NCBI GenBank assembly: GCA_963714445.1
Contig: CAVQPP010000260.1
Coordinates: 9,115 to 73,114, forward strand
DNA: 64,000 nucleotides
Direction of reading: 5' to 3'
Origin: an uncultured Actinomycetota bacterium
GTDB lineage: Bacteria > Actinomycetota > Actinomycetes > Streptomycetales > Catenulisporaceae
Within the stretch, counting starts at the first letter, position 1, and each line of letters begins with the position of its first letter. Below the pieces are notes generated by a model. That model made no database searches. It was not told the origin of the DNA and worked only from the letters and a program-made list of their open reading frames with translations. Positions 1 through 8,046 of the stretch are shown piece by piece. The translations under genes and the position numbers were made by a program.

Positions 1-428
1 ATCCTCACGCAGGCCGCGCCCGCGTAGTTGAGCTGGTCGGCCTTGAGGCCCAGCTGGCTGGGATAGTGCACGTGGGCGCACTGGCCTTCATGGGCTAGCT
101 CACGGGCCACGCTGACCGTGTCTCCAGTGGCCGGATTCTGGGCTGCCTCGGCGGCCTCGCGGGCTGTGGTGACGACCACGACGCTCGCCGCGTGGCCGCA
201 TGCTAAAGCCCGGAAATGGGCTACGGCGTCGCGCAGTAGCCCGGCCTCCCGCAGCACCGGGACGACGACGAAAAACCGTGGTGTCCCGCCGGGGTCCGGG
301 GGCATGGGGGGCGGCCCCTCGTTCCCTTGCAGGAACTCCCGGGAACGCAGCATCGCGGACAGGACGAACAGCTGCCGTATGGTCCCGGCCGTCATCGCGG
401 CCGTGCCGATCGCTGACAGCCGGTTCAT
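1..428 (-). CDS. Family 2 glycosyltransferase-like protein, N-terminal part (runs off window start)
   Basis: ATG at 428 overlaps the stop of the upstream radical SAM gene (ATGA). My translation reads MNRLSAIG...RFFVVVPVLREAGLL...LGLKADQLNYA, resembling the GT-A first strand and the KAxQLN motif. Confidence 0.65.
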   Translation of the reverse strand, partial: MNRLSAIGTAAMTAGTIRQLFVLSAMLRSREFLQGNEGPPPMPPDPGGTPRFFVVVPVLREAGLLRDAVAHFRALACGHAASVVVVTTAREAAEAAQNPATGDTVSVARELAHEGQCAHVHYPSQLGLKADQLNYAGAACVR

Positions 429-1627
429 GACCCGGCGGGGTCGCTGTGCCGCGCGCCTGCGCCGCCGCCTGCAGTCAGGTCAAGCGGTGCCGCCGGCTGG
501 CCGTTGCCGGAAGCGTGGTCGCGGCCTGGTGGTGCGCAGGCTGCGTAGTCGTGCTTGTCCTGGTGGCGGACGAAGTGGCAGGGATCAGTGACTGCGGGCC
601 CGGGGTAGGGCACGGCTTCTGCGCCGCCCCAGCGGGCGGCGTACTGCGCGTGGAAGCCGTCGCATATCGCGCGGACGGCGCAGTCGCCGCAGGCCGGGAC
701 ATGCTGGTAGTGGTGCCGTTCCTGCTGGCGGCGGGCCGCCTGGTAGTACCAGGCGGCCAAGGGCAGCCCCTGGTGGCCGGTGTCATACCAGGAGTTGTAA
801 TCCCACTCGTGCGGGTCGTAGGGAAGCTGGAAACCGGTGTACACGTGCTGCTCGTAGCCGGGGAGCTGGCACGGCGGCATGTACCGCACATTCGCCTCGA
901 CACCGTAAAAGGTGCAGATGTCAATCGCGCGCATCAGGTAGGGCGCTATCTCGCAGTGGCGCGCCTGGAAGGCGACGTCGATGTTGCGTTCCCATTCGAA
1001 GTACGGGTTGAAGGTGAGGAAGTTCACCACCCGGGCGCCTTTCTCACCGGCCAGCATGGCTAAGGCCTCAAGCTGGGTGAGGTTGTCGCGGATCATCGTG
1101 ACGTTGAAGCGGAACGGAATCCCGAGCGCGCGCAGATTCTCCAGCGCCTGGGCCTGCCGCGCGGCGTTGTTCTTCCCGCGGCCGTGGATCGCCGCCACGG
1201 TGCGGCCGACTCCGTGGATGGATATCAGGACGTCGTGGACACCGGCCTGCGCGAACGCCGCGGCGCGTTCTGGGCTGGCCAGATGCATGCCGTGGGTGAT
1301 CAGGGTGGGACGCAGCCCGATGCCGGCGGCGTGCCTGACGATATCCAGCACAGCCGGGTGCAGGGTGGGTTCGCCGCCCATGAAGTCAACAAACTCGTTC
1401 TGGTAGTAGAACCGGAACTTATCCAGCGCCTCGATGGCGTCGCCCAGCCTCAGCCAGGCTTTACCACTGGCAGGGACGTGCTCGTCGTAGCAGAACTTGC
1501 ACCGCACATCGCACCGCAGGCCAAGCCACAAAACGCCGCGCCTGGTGAGGTGGCGGTCACGGGTCCGGACGACGGACGGGCGGTCGGGTGGGCTCATCGG
1601 TGTCGGTTCCTTTCGGACGGGAAGCAC
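425..1627 (-). CDS. Radical SAM protein with C-terminal Cys cluster
   Basis: CxxxCxxC motif (CDVRCKFC), GGEP motif, C-terminal CxxCxxxxxC (CGDCAVRAIC). The start may be at 1597. Confidence 0.9.
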   Translation of the reverse strand: MLPVRKEPTPMSPPDRPSVVRTRDRHLTRRGVLWLGLRCDVRCKFCYDEHVPASGKAWLRLGDAIEALDKFRFYYQNEFVDFMGGEPTLHPAVLDIVRHAAGIGLRPTLITHGMHLASPERAAAFAQAGVHDVLISIHGVGRTVAAIHGRGKNNAARQAQALENLRALGIPFRFNVTMIRDNLTQLEALAMLAGEKGARVVNFLTFNPYFEWERNIDVAFQARHCEIAPYLMRAIDICTFYGVEANVRYMPPCQLPGYEQHVYTGFQLPYDPHEWDYNSWYDTGHQGLPLAAWYYQAARRQQERHHYQHVPACGDCAVRAICDGFHAQYAARWGGAEAVPYPGPAVTDPCHFVRHQDKHDYAACAPPGRDHASGNGQPAAPLDLTAGGGAGARHSDPAGS

Positions 1628-1636
1628 TCTTTCTGC

Positions 1637-2536
1637 TTACAGGTAGGGCTGGCGGAACCGGATAGCGCCGCTCATGTCGCCGCACAAGACACCAGCGGCC
1701 TCGATGAGCTGGGCCACGGCCGCCGACGCCGGCTGCGTGTCACCGTGGACCAGGGACCCCAGGGCGCCGGGCATCATCGCGGTTGCCTGCACGGCCCTGC
1801 GCAGCGGGTAGGTGTCCAGCACGTACCTCTTGCCGGAGACCTGCTTGTACTTGGCGTACAGCAGCACCTGGTAGGCCCCGTACCGGTAGAAGCGGCAGAA
1901 ATGAGCGGTGACGGTGGCGCGGTCCTCATGCTCGACCACTGCGTCCGGGGCCAGGCCGACGCGGCAGCCGGACAGTCCGAGCTGGTAGCACACGTCAACG
2001 TCGTTGCCCGACCGAAACCTTTCATCGAAACCGCCCACCTCGCGGAGCTTACTGGTGACAAAACCCGCGTTCGCGCCCGCGACATAGGGCAGGTGCAGCG
2101 CCGGCAGGTAGCTCAGCTGCCGCTGCCCGTCGACCACAGTGATCGCGTGACGCTGCGCCCACGTCCGCGGCTCATGCTTGACGATCGGCCCGCCCGCCGC
2201 GCATATCGCGCCTTCGCCAAGGCGCGCGGTCATCTTCTCGGCCCAGTCGGGCCTGGCGATGCAGTCCGCGTCGGTAAGCAGCAGATAACGGCCCCGGGCC
2301 GCGGCAAGCCCGGCGTTGCGCGCCGCGGCAGTATTAGCGCGGGCCCGGTGCACATACCGCGTGATGCCGTGCGCGCCATCGAGATCGCCCAGCCCGGTGC
2401 TGCCGTTCTCCACGACGATGACCTCAAAGCAATCCGCGGAAAGGGTCTGGGCCGCCAGCGAGGCAAGCAGCCGCCGGGCCCGAGGATCCCCGCGGACCGC
2501 GACGACCACGGACGCGAGCAGGCTGTCGTCAGTCAC
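1637..2536 (-). CDS. Family 2 glycosyltransferase
   Basis: FEVIVVENGS, ARNAGL, LLTDADC (DxD), GGFDERF and DVD motifs. Confidence 0.9.
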   Translation of the reverse strand: MTDDSLLASVVVAVRGDPRARRLLASLAAQTLSADCFEVIVVENGSTGLGDLDGAHGITRYVHRARANTAAARNAGLAAARGRYLLLTDADCIARPDWAEKMTARLGEGAICAAGGPIVKHEPRTWAQRHAITVVDGQRQLSYLPALHLPYVAGANAGFVTSKLREVGGFDERFRSGNDVDVCYQLGLSGCRVGLAPDAVVEHEDRATVTAHFCRFYRYGAYQVLLYAKYKQVSGKRYVLDTYPLRRAVQATAMMPGALGSLVHGDTQPASAAVAQLIEAAGVLCGDMSGAIRFRQPYL

Positions 2537-3686
2537 GGAACTGGCGGCACATCTTCGGGATCAGGCCCAGCGTGCGGTTGCGGGGTGAGGAGCATTGCTG
2601 GCAGAACGGGATGCGGTCGCGGCGGAACCTCTCGAACTCCTCACCCGTCCACACCTCAGCCAGCGGGTGGTCCGTCACGTTGCCGACCTCCCCCTGATGG
2701 GAGATCTCGACCAGGCAGCACGGCAGCACCCGGCCATCAGGCTCGATCAGTGAGTAATAGTCCGGGACCCGGCAGGCGTCCCGGACGGTCTTCCTGTCTG
2801 GCCAGTAGACGCCGCGCGCATAATTGGCGTCCGTGTTTTCTGGCGAGAAGAAGCTGGCCAGGACTTCTGCTGCGTTGTCCTGCACGATCTGCGGCGTGTG
2901 CTTGGCCTTCAAGACGGCGAGCATCTCAGGGACGGTCCGGTCGCGGAACTCACCGATCTCCGCCTCGGTGAGCAGCGACTGGTCCGAGGTATCACCGTAG
3001 ACGTTCATGAGGTAGACCGACGCGATACCCGTATCCACGCAGTGGGCCAGCAATTCCGGGATACCACGGAAGTTGTGCCGGGTGATCACGGTCATGTAGT
3101 TGATCCGGAACTCAGGAAAAGCAGTCCCGGCGTCCCGGACGGCCCCGATGGCCTTCATGATCGTGGGCAAGGCGCCGCGGACGCCGCGCAGCCGCTCATA
3201 CAGGGCGGGGTCAAGAGTATCGACGGAGAAATTCCATGCGCCAAGACCAGCGTCGATGATGCGGGACGCCTTATCCGCCGTGACCCCGGTCCCCACGGAA
3301 TTCATCAGCACGAACACGCCCGGATGACGCTTCGCGGCGCGGATCACCTCGACCAGGTGCGGGTACAGCAAGGGATCGCCGCCGCTCAGCTGTAATTCCT
3401 CCATGCCCAGTGCGGCAGCTTCCTCGATCGTCCGCAGGGCAAGATCGAGTGGCATGTGCCCAGGATTAGGGCGCCGGCGCAGGCCGGGACCTTCCGCGAG
3501 CGGTAAGGCCCGCTTGCGCTCCGCGACCATCTCCCGGTAGTAGTCCTGGCGAAGATCGCAATACGGGCAACGGTGATAGCAGAACACCGTGGGCTTGAGA
3601 ACAAACTGCTTCAGCCTGCGCGGCACGGTCTGGGTGTCCATCCTCGTCACGCACCAGCCCTTCCAGCCGATAACTATGCTCCCCAC
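2529..3686 (-). CDS. Radical SAM protein with SPASM/twitch domain
   Basis: CYHRCPYC, SGGDPL, and C-terminal C...DGRVLPCC...VGNV...CQQC. The start may be at 3641. Confidence 0.9.
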   Translation of the reverse strand: MGSIVIGWKGWCVTRMDTQTVPRRLKQFVLKPTVFCYHRCPYCDLRQDYYREMVAERKRALPLAEGPGLRRRPNPGHMPLDLALRTIEEAAALGMEELQLSGGDPLLYPHLVEVIRAAKRHPGVFVLMNSVGTGVTADKASRIIDAGLGAWNFSVDTLDPALYERLRGVRGALPTIMKAIGAVRDAGTAFPEFRINYMTVITRHNFRGIPELLAHCVDTGIASVYLMNVYGDTSDQSLLTEAEIGEFRDRTVPEMLAVLKAKHTPQIVQDNAAEVLASFFSPENTDANYARGVYWPDRKTVRDACRVPDYYSLIEPDGRVLPCCLVEISHQGEVGNVTDHPLAEVWTGEEFERFRRDRIPFCQQCSSPRNRTLGLIPKMCRQFRD

Positions 3687-3974
3687 TCACCATCGTCGCC
3701 CCTAGCCATCACACCGTGTCAACCAGCGCAAGCAGTTGTACGGAATCCTGTTCCGAACCACAGGTCAGGTATCCGGAATTGTCAAGCGGCTAGCTGGACA
3801 TGGACGTTAGCCTCCCGGTGATCTGTAACTAACCTGCTTAGGGCTTTACCAGAATTAGTGACCTTTCGTGGACCCAGATTCGCAGGCGGAAGAGGCGGCA
3901 TCTCAGCTCATCGCGATACCGGGACACGGGTCCAGCACGGCCGGTCTTAACGTCCCGGGTGACCAGGATGCCGG

Positions 3975-5513
3975 TGTAGGGGTTCGGTGAAGATGTCATC
4001 TGGACCGCCTAGTTGTCATCCCGGATGTCACTTGTGCAGCTACTTGTCATCTGCGGCGCCGGCGTTGCCGGGCGTGGCCCCTTGCCGCCAGGGCCTGACG
4101 GGTAGCCGCCGGGGCGCTGCGCACCTAGCCTTGGCCTTGTGGGCACGCGCATCCTCGGGCTGAGCAACTCCTACAGCGTCGTGTTCTCCGCCGCCGGGCA
4201 GCGGCAGCTGTCGCCGGAGGAGGCGGAGCGCCGCCTGTTCGGCCCTGTCGCGTCCGGGGGCCTGGCCGCCGGGGTGGTGCTGCGGAACGGGGGTCGCTTG
4301 CACCTGGGCGCGGCCAGCCGTCCGGAATACGCGACGCCGCAGTGCGGCAGCCTGCCTGAACTGGTCGTGCACGACAAGGCGGGCGAGCGGATCCTGGAAG
4401 GACTGGTCGAGGACGCCGGCCTGCGGCTGCGCGAACAGGGCAACGCCGGCGATATCTCGGTACTCAAGACCAGCGCTGACCCGGCGGGCAGCTCATCCGG
4501 CTGTCAGGAGGACTACCTGGTCGCCCGGCGCGGCGAATTCGGCCGGCTGGCCGACGTCCTGATCCCGTTCCTGGTCACCAGGCAGCTCATCTGCGGCGCG
4601 GGCGTCGTAACGCAGACGCCGCGCGGCGCCGTGTACTGCCTCAGCCTGGCCGGGCGCACCGGAACCACTCTGTCGTCTGCGGCCGCCCGGCCCCGGCCGT
4701 TTATCACTACCCGCGGCGAGCCGCGCGCCGCCGCGGGATTGCGGCGGCTGCGGGTGACTGTCAGCGACCCGGCCATGAGCGAGACCACCACGCTGCTCAA
4801 GGCGGGTACCACCGACCTGGTGCTGCGCATGGCCGAAGCGGGCACCGCGCCGTCGGCGCTGACCCTGGCCAACCCGGTCCAGGCCATCGGCGAGGTCAGC
4901 CGCGACATCACCGGGCGGAGCCTGCTGAGGCTGGCGGGTGGCCGGCAGATCAGCGCGCTCGACATCCAGCGCGAGTACCTGGCCAGGGCAAGAGACTTCA
5001 CCGGCGAACGCGGCGCGGACAGCATGCGCGTCCTCGGACTGTGGCAGCGGGTGCTGGACGCGATCGGGGCAGGGAGCCTTGACGCCATCGCGCGGGAGAT
5101 CGACTGGGTCATCAAGTACCAGCTCATTGAACGGTACCGGGCGGCCCATGACCTGTCCCTGTCAGCACCGCAGGTCGCCCAGGTGGACCTGGCCTATCAC
5201 GACATCAACCGGAGCCGTGGCCTGTATTACCAGCTGCAGCGCGGCGGCGCGGTCGAGCGGACGGCCCGCGACATCGACATCTTCGAGGCGAAGACCGTCC
5301 CGCCGTCCCCCGGACGCTACCGGCAGGCGGGCTGATCCCGCTTCTGCCGGACTGTCACGTCGCCTGCGCTCGGCCACACCAGCTTGGTCCCTGCACACGC
5401 GAACGCTGCCGGATGAGGGAAATGACAACTGGCCCCGCACCAGAGACCGGTATTCAGGCTCTCCAGATGACAACAAGGCTGCGCCGAAATGATACCTTCG
5501 CTGAATCCCTACA
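3975..5513 (+). mobile_element. Non-autonomous mini Tn7-like element carrying one gene
   Basis: Left end TGTAGGGGTTCGGTGAAGATGTCATC with four TGTCA(T/C) sites. Right end ...CTTCGCTGAATCCCTACA with inverted ATGACA sites. 5-bp duplication GCCGG at 3970-3974 and 5514-5518. No transposase inside. Confidence 0.85.
4139..5335 (+). CDS. PafA (Pup ligase)-like protein, predicted catalytically inactive and C-terminally shortened
   Basis: Collinear with PafA ([50 protein letters not shown]), but active-site motifs are substituted. Confidence 0.85.
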   Translation: MGTRILGLSNSYSVVFSAAGQRQLSPEEAERRLFGPVASGGLAAGVVLRNGGRLHLGAASRPEYATPQCGSLPELVVHDKAGERILEGLVEDAGLRLREQGNAGDISVLKTSADPAGSSSGCQEDYLVARRGEFGRLADVLIPFLVTRQLICGAGVVTQTPRGAVYCLSLAGRTGTTLSSAAARPRPFITTRGEPRAAAGLRRLRVTVSDPAMSETTTLLKAGTTDLVLRMAEAGTAPSALTLANPVQAIGEVSRDITGRSLLRLAGGRQISALDIQREYLARARDFTGERGADSMRVLGLWQRVLDAIGAGSLDAIAREIDWVIKYQLIERYRAAHDLSLSAPQVAQVDLAYHDINRSRGLYYQLQRGGAVERTARDIDIFEAKTVPPSPGRYRQAG

Positions 5514-5767
5514 GCCGGAGCAGCCCCGGTGTGAAGCGTGAGCTGATCCGCGTTGCCGGTGAGGCCGTACAGGACGTCTAGACCCTCAACTACCTCGGCT
5601 GGCACAGGGCTGCTGGCGTGGGCGGGCTTTACCGCCGCTGTCCACCTCACCACCACGGCGGCGGCGCCGTTCCGGTCGCGGAGTTCCAGGCCGTGAACAC
5701 CGGCGGCGGAACCTGACGGCCGCCGGCGCAGCCCGGCGGCAGTGCCGGTTCCTGCTGCCCGCGGGGG

Positions 5768-6526
5768 TCAGGCGGCGCGTGAGGATCCGGGCGGGTGGCT
5801 CTGGCCAGCCCGGAGCTGGCGCAGCAGTTCGGAGGCGGCCTGGTTGGAGACGCCGAGGCGGGCGCGCAGCGCGTCGCGGGTGATCGGCTGCCCGTGCTGG
5901 TCCTGGTGCTCGGCGGCGGCCCGCCGCGCCGCGCCGAGGAGTGCCTGGTCCCCGGCGTCCTGAGCCGGGGACGGCCGTCCCGGTACCGGCAGCTCGCCGG
6001 TCCCCCTGTCCTGGCCGGCGGCGAGCCGGGGGCGGCGGGCGGCGCGGCGCTCGATCATGGACACCGCGACGAGGAACGCGGCGGGCGGGACGGCGGCCAC
6101 GATGCGGCCCCAGGCGTCCGGCTGGGCCTGGGCGAGGTTGGCGGCCAGGCTGAGGCCGACGCCACCGGTGAGGACGATGGCAGGCCAGGACAGGCGCCGG
6201 GTGGGGGTGGTGAGCTGTTTGTCGCGCTGGCGTTCGCGGGCGGCCATGACGCAGGTCAGGTCGATGCAGACGGCGATGGCCCAGGACATGGGGCCGTGCT
6301 GGGCGGCGGTGTCGCGGATGTGGGTGAACGACCCGGCCCCGGCGATGGCGGCGAGCACGGTGACGGGCAGTGCGTCGGCGGCCGCGAGCAGGCGCCGGCC
6401 CGCGCTCACGGGCCGTCCGGGCCGTCCCGGACGGCGCGGCCGGCCGTCCCCGGCCCGGTCCGGTCTTGCGTGGTTACCGCAGTGCCGGGGCGGCGGGGCC
6501 GCCGGGGTGAACGCCGGTTTTTTCAC
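5768..6526 (-). CDS. DUF2637/SpdA-like membrane protein of actinomycete integrative elements
   Basis: SFTHIRDTA...WAIAVCID, SLAANLAQA...AAVPPAAFL transmembrane pattern plus a C-terminal HTH-like tail. Start uncertain. Confidence 0.7.
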   Translation of the reverse strand: MKKPAFTPAAPPPRHCGNHARPDRAGDGRPRRPGRPGRPVSAGRRLLAAADALPVTVLAAIAGAGSFTHIRDTAAQHGPMSWAIAVCIDLTCVMAARERQRDKQLTTPTRRLSWPAIVLTGGVGLSLAANLAQAQPDAWGRIVAAVPPAAFLVAVSMIERRAARRPRLAAGQDRGTGELPVPGRPSPAQDAGDQALLGAARRAAAEHQDQHGQPITRDALRARLGVSNQAASELLRQLRAGQSHPPGSSRAA

Positions 6527-6622
6527 GCCTGGGTGCCTCCTGAACGCACGGGCGGGCGGCTACCGGGCCGCTGGCAGTGAGTGGGCCGTGCGCCCCGGCC
6601 GGGTCGGGCGGGACTCCCGCCA

Positions 6623-6690
6623 GTACAAAAATTGGGTTTGAGAGGCCGTTTTTCACTTTCTGTCCGGGATTAGGTGCGTGAGGGGCAGGG
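6623..6690. other. Conserved non-coding motif next to the transposon insertion (candidate target site, copy 1)
   Basis: About 70% ungapped identity to the reverse complement of 38075-38140, which flanks another element end at nearly the same offset. Confidence 0.6.
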
Positions 6691-6863
6691 GTCTACGGCT
6701 TGTAGGGGTCCGCTGAAGATGTCGGTTCGACCGCCTACTTGTCGGTGTGCGTGTCGGTTGCGCACCCTATTTGTCGGTGACCGCGTGGCGTTGCCGGGTC
6801 CGGCCGGTTTCGCACCGTAGCGTTGTTGCTCACTTCTGCACCCGACGTGCCGAGGAGGGCGCG

Positions 6864-7070
6864 ATGGCGGGTGACGCGCGGGTGAGCTTCAAGGACGCCG
6901 CGGGCCGGGAGTCGGAGGCCGGGCTGGCGCTGGTGTCCGCGGAGGTGCTGGCGGCGGGACAGCCGTGGCGGGTGTTCCGCTGGCATCGCGGTCAGGCGCA
7001 CTATTCGGGCTGGTACTGGTCGGCGACGACCGGCGGGCACGTGGTGTATGAGAGCCGTCTTGAGCTGGCA
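6864..7070 (+). pseudogene. tnsA: TnsA-like endonuclease, 5' part (interrupted)
   Basis: RBS GAGGAGG then ATG 6864. Reads PWRVFRWHRGQAHYSGWYWSATTGGHVVYESRLELA and breaks at the insertion. Confidence 0.85.
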
Positions 7071-7177
7071 ATTAACTGAACGTTACGCTGTGTAATCAAA
7101 TTCTCACTCGTCCGGTGCTCCGGTTACGCAGCGTTTAGGTGGATGAATCTTGAGCTGTAACGGCACCCGGGCGTGTC

Positions 7178-8041
7178 GTGAGTGCAGCCGACGGCGGGTT
7201 GCGTTTCCTGCCGGTCTGGTGGCGTCGCGGTGACCCAATGTGGGCTGAAGGCGGCTGTTCCATCGACGGTCTGGGCGGCCTCATCGGCCATAGCATGGGT
7301 TGCCTGCTTTGTGGAGCGAGCCGGAGGTGCACGCCGGTGTTCAGTCTGGCGGGGGGTGCCGCAGCGTATTCAGCGGCGGAGGCGCTTGACACTGTTCGGG
7401 AGTACGCGTTCGGCACTGTGACGATTGATCCAGATTCGCGGTTTCCAGGTGCATTCGAGCCGCACACGGTGCCGCGATATGCCTATCGCACGTATGACTG
7501 CGTGCCAGCGTCGGATGGCCGTGGGTTCACCGATCTGGATCTGCTGGTTACCGCCGGGCTGAACGCCCGTATCGACATGACTGCGTTCGTCCGGCTGCGC
7601 AGCTTCGCTGATCGAGCCGCCGGACATCTCGATGCTGCCCACCAAGTGCAGCCCGACTTCCTGCGGCTGGACCGCGAGGAGGTCGGCGATGATCCTCCGA
7701 GAGGAAGCGCGGGGTGGTATCTGTTCGAGGCGTGGCGGCAAGGGATGGCCACGCCGGGGCTGCGTGTCGCCCGGGTGCACAAGATGTTGCATCACAAGCG
7801 TCCACGCCTGGTGCCGTTGCTGGACAACAAGACGGTGAAGCCGATCCGGGTGGCTGCTGATGCCAGGAGATGCGGATCGTGGCAGCTGATCTATGACGAG
7901 ATCCACGCTCACGCCGAGCATTTCCAGATCCTCGCCAACGAGTTCGAAGTGCTGGCTACCGGCATCGACGACGTCTCGCTTTCCTGGTTGAGGCTGTATG
8001 ACATCTTGGTGTGGATGAAGGTGACGCGTCCGCGACGTTGA
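7178..8041 (+). CDS. DUF6308-like protein (cargo)
   Basis: YD...DLLVTAGLNARI, HKMLHHKRPRLVPLLD, LRLYDILVW pattern. The true start is probably downstream of 7178. Confidence 0.6.
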   Translation: MSAADGGLRFLPVWWRRGDPMWAEGGCSIDGLGGLIGHSMGCLLCGASRRCTPVFSLAGGAAAYSAAEALDTVREYAFGTVTIDPDSRFPGAFEPHTVPRYAYRTYDCVPASDGRGFTDLDLLVTAGLNARIDMTAFVRLRSFADRAAGHLDAAHQVQPDFLRLDREEVGDDPPRGSAGWYLFEAWRQGMATPGLRVARVHKMLHHKRPRLVPLLDNKTVKPIRVAADARRCGSWQLIYDEIHAHAEHFQILANEFEVLATGIDDVSLSWLRLYDILVWMKVTRPRR

Positions 8042-8046
8042 TCGGC

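Noticed and set aside
1184-2971. Long plus-strand ORF (also 21085-22830, 18548-19939, 14459-15595)
   Set aside because: Antisense shadows of real genes in high-GC DNA, with no recognisable motifs.
3687-3974. RiPP precursor peptide upstream of the rSAM genes
   Set aside because: No convincing short ORF with a ribosome binding site. The region looks like a promoter.
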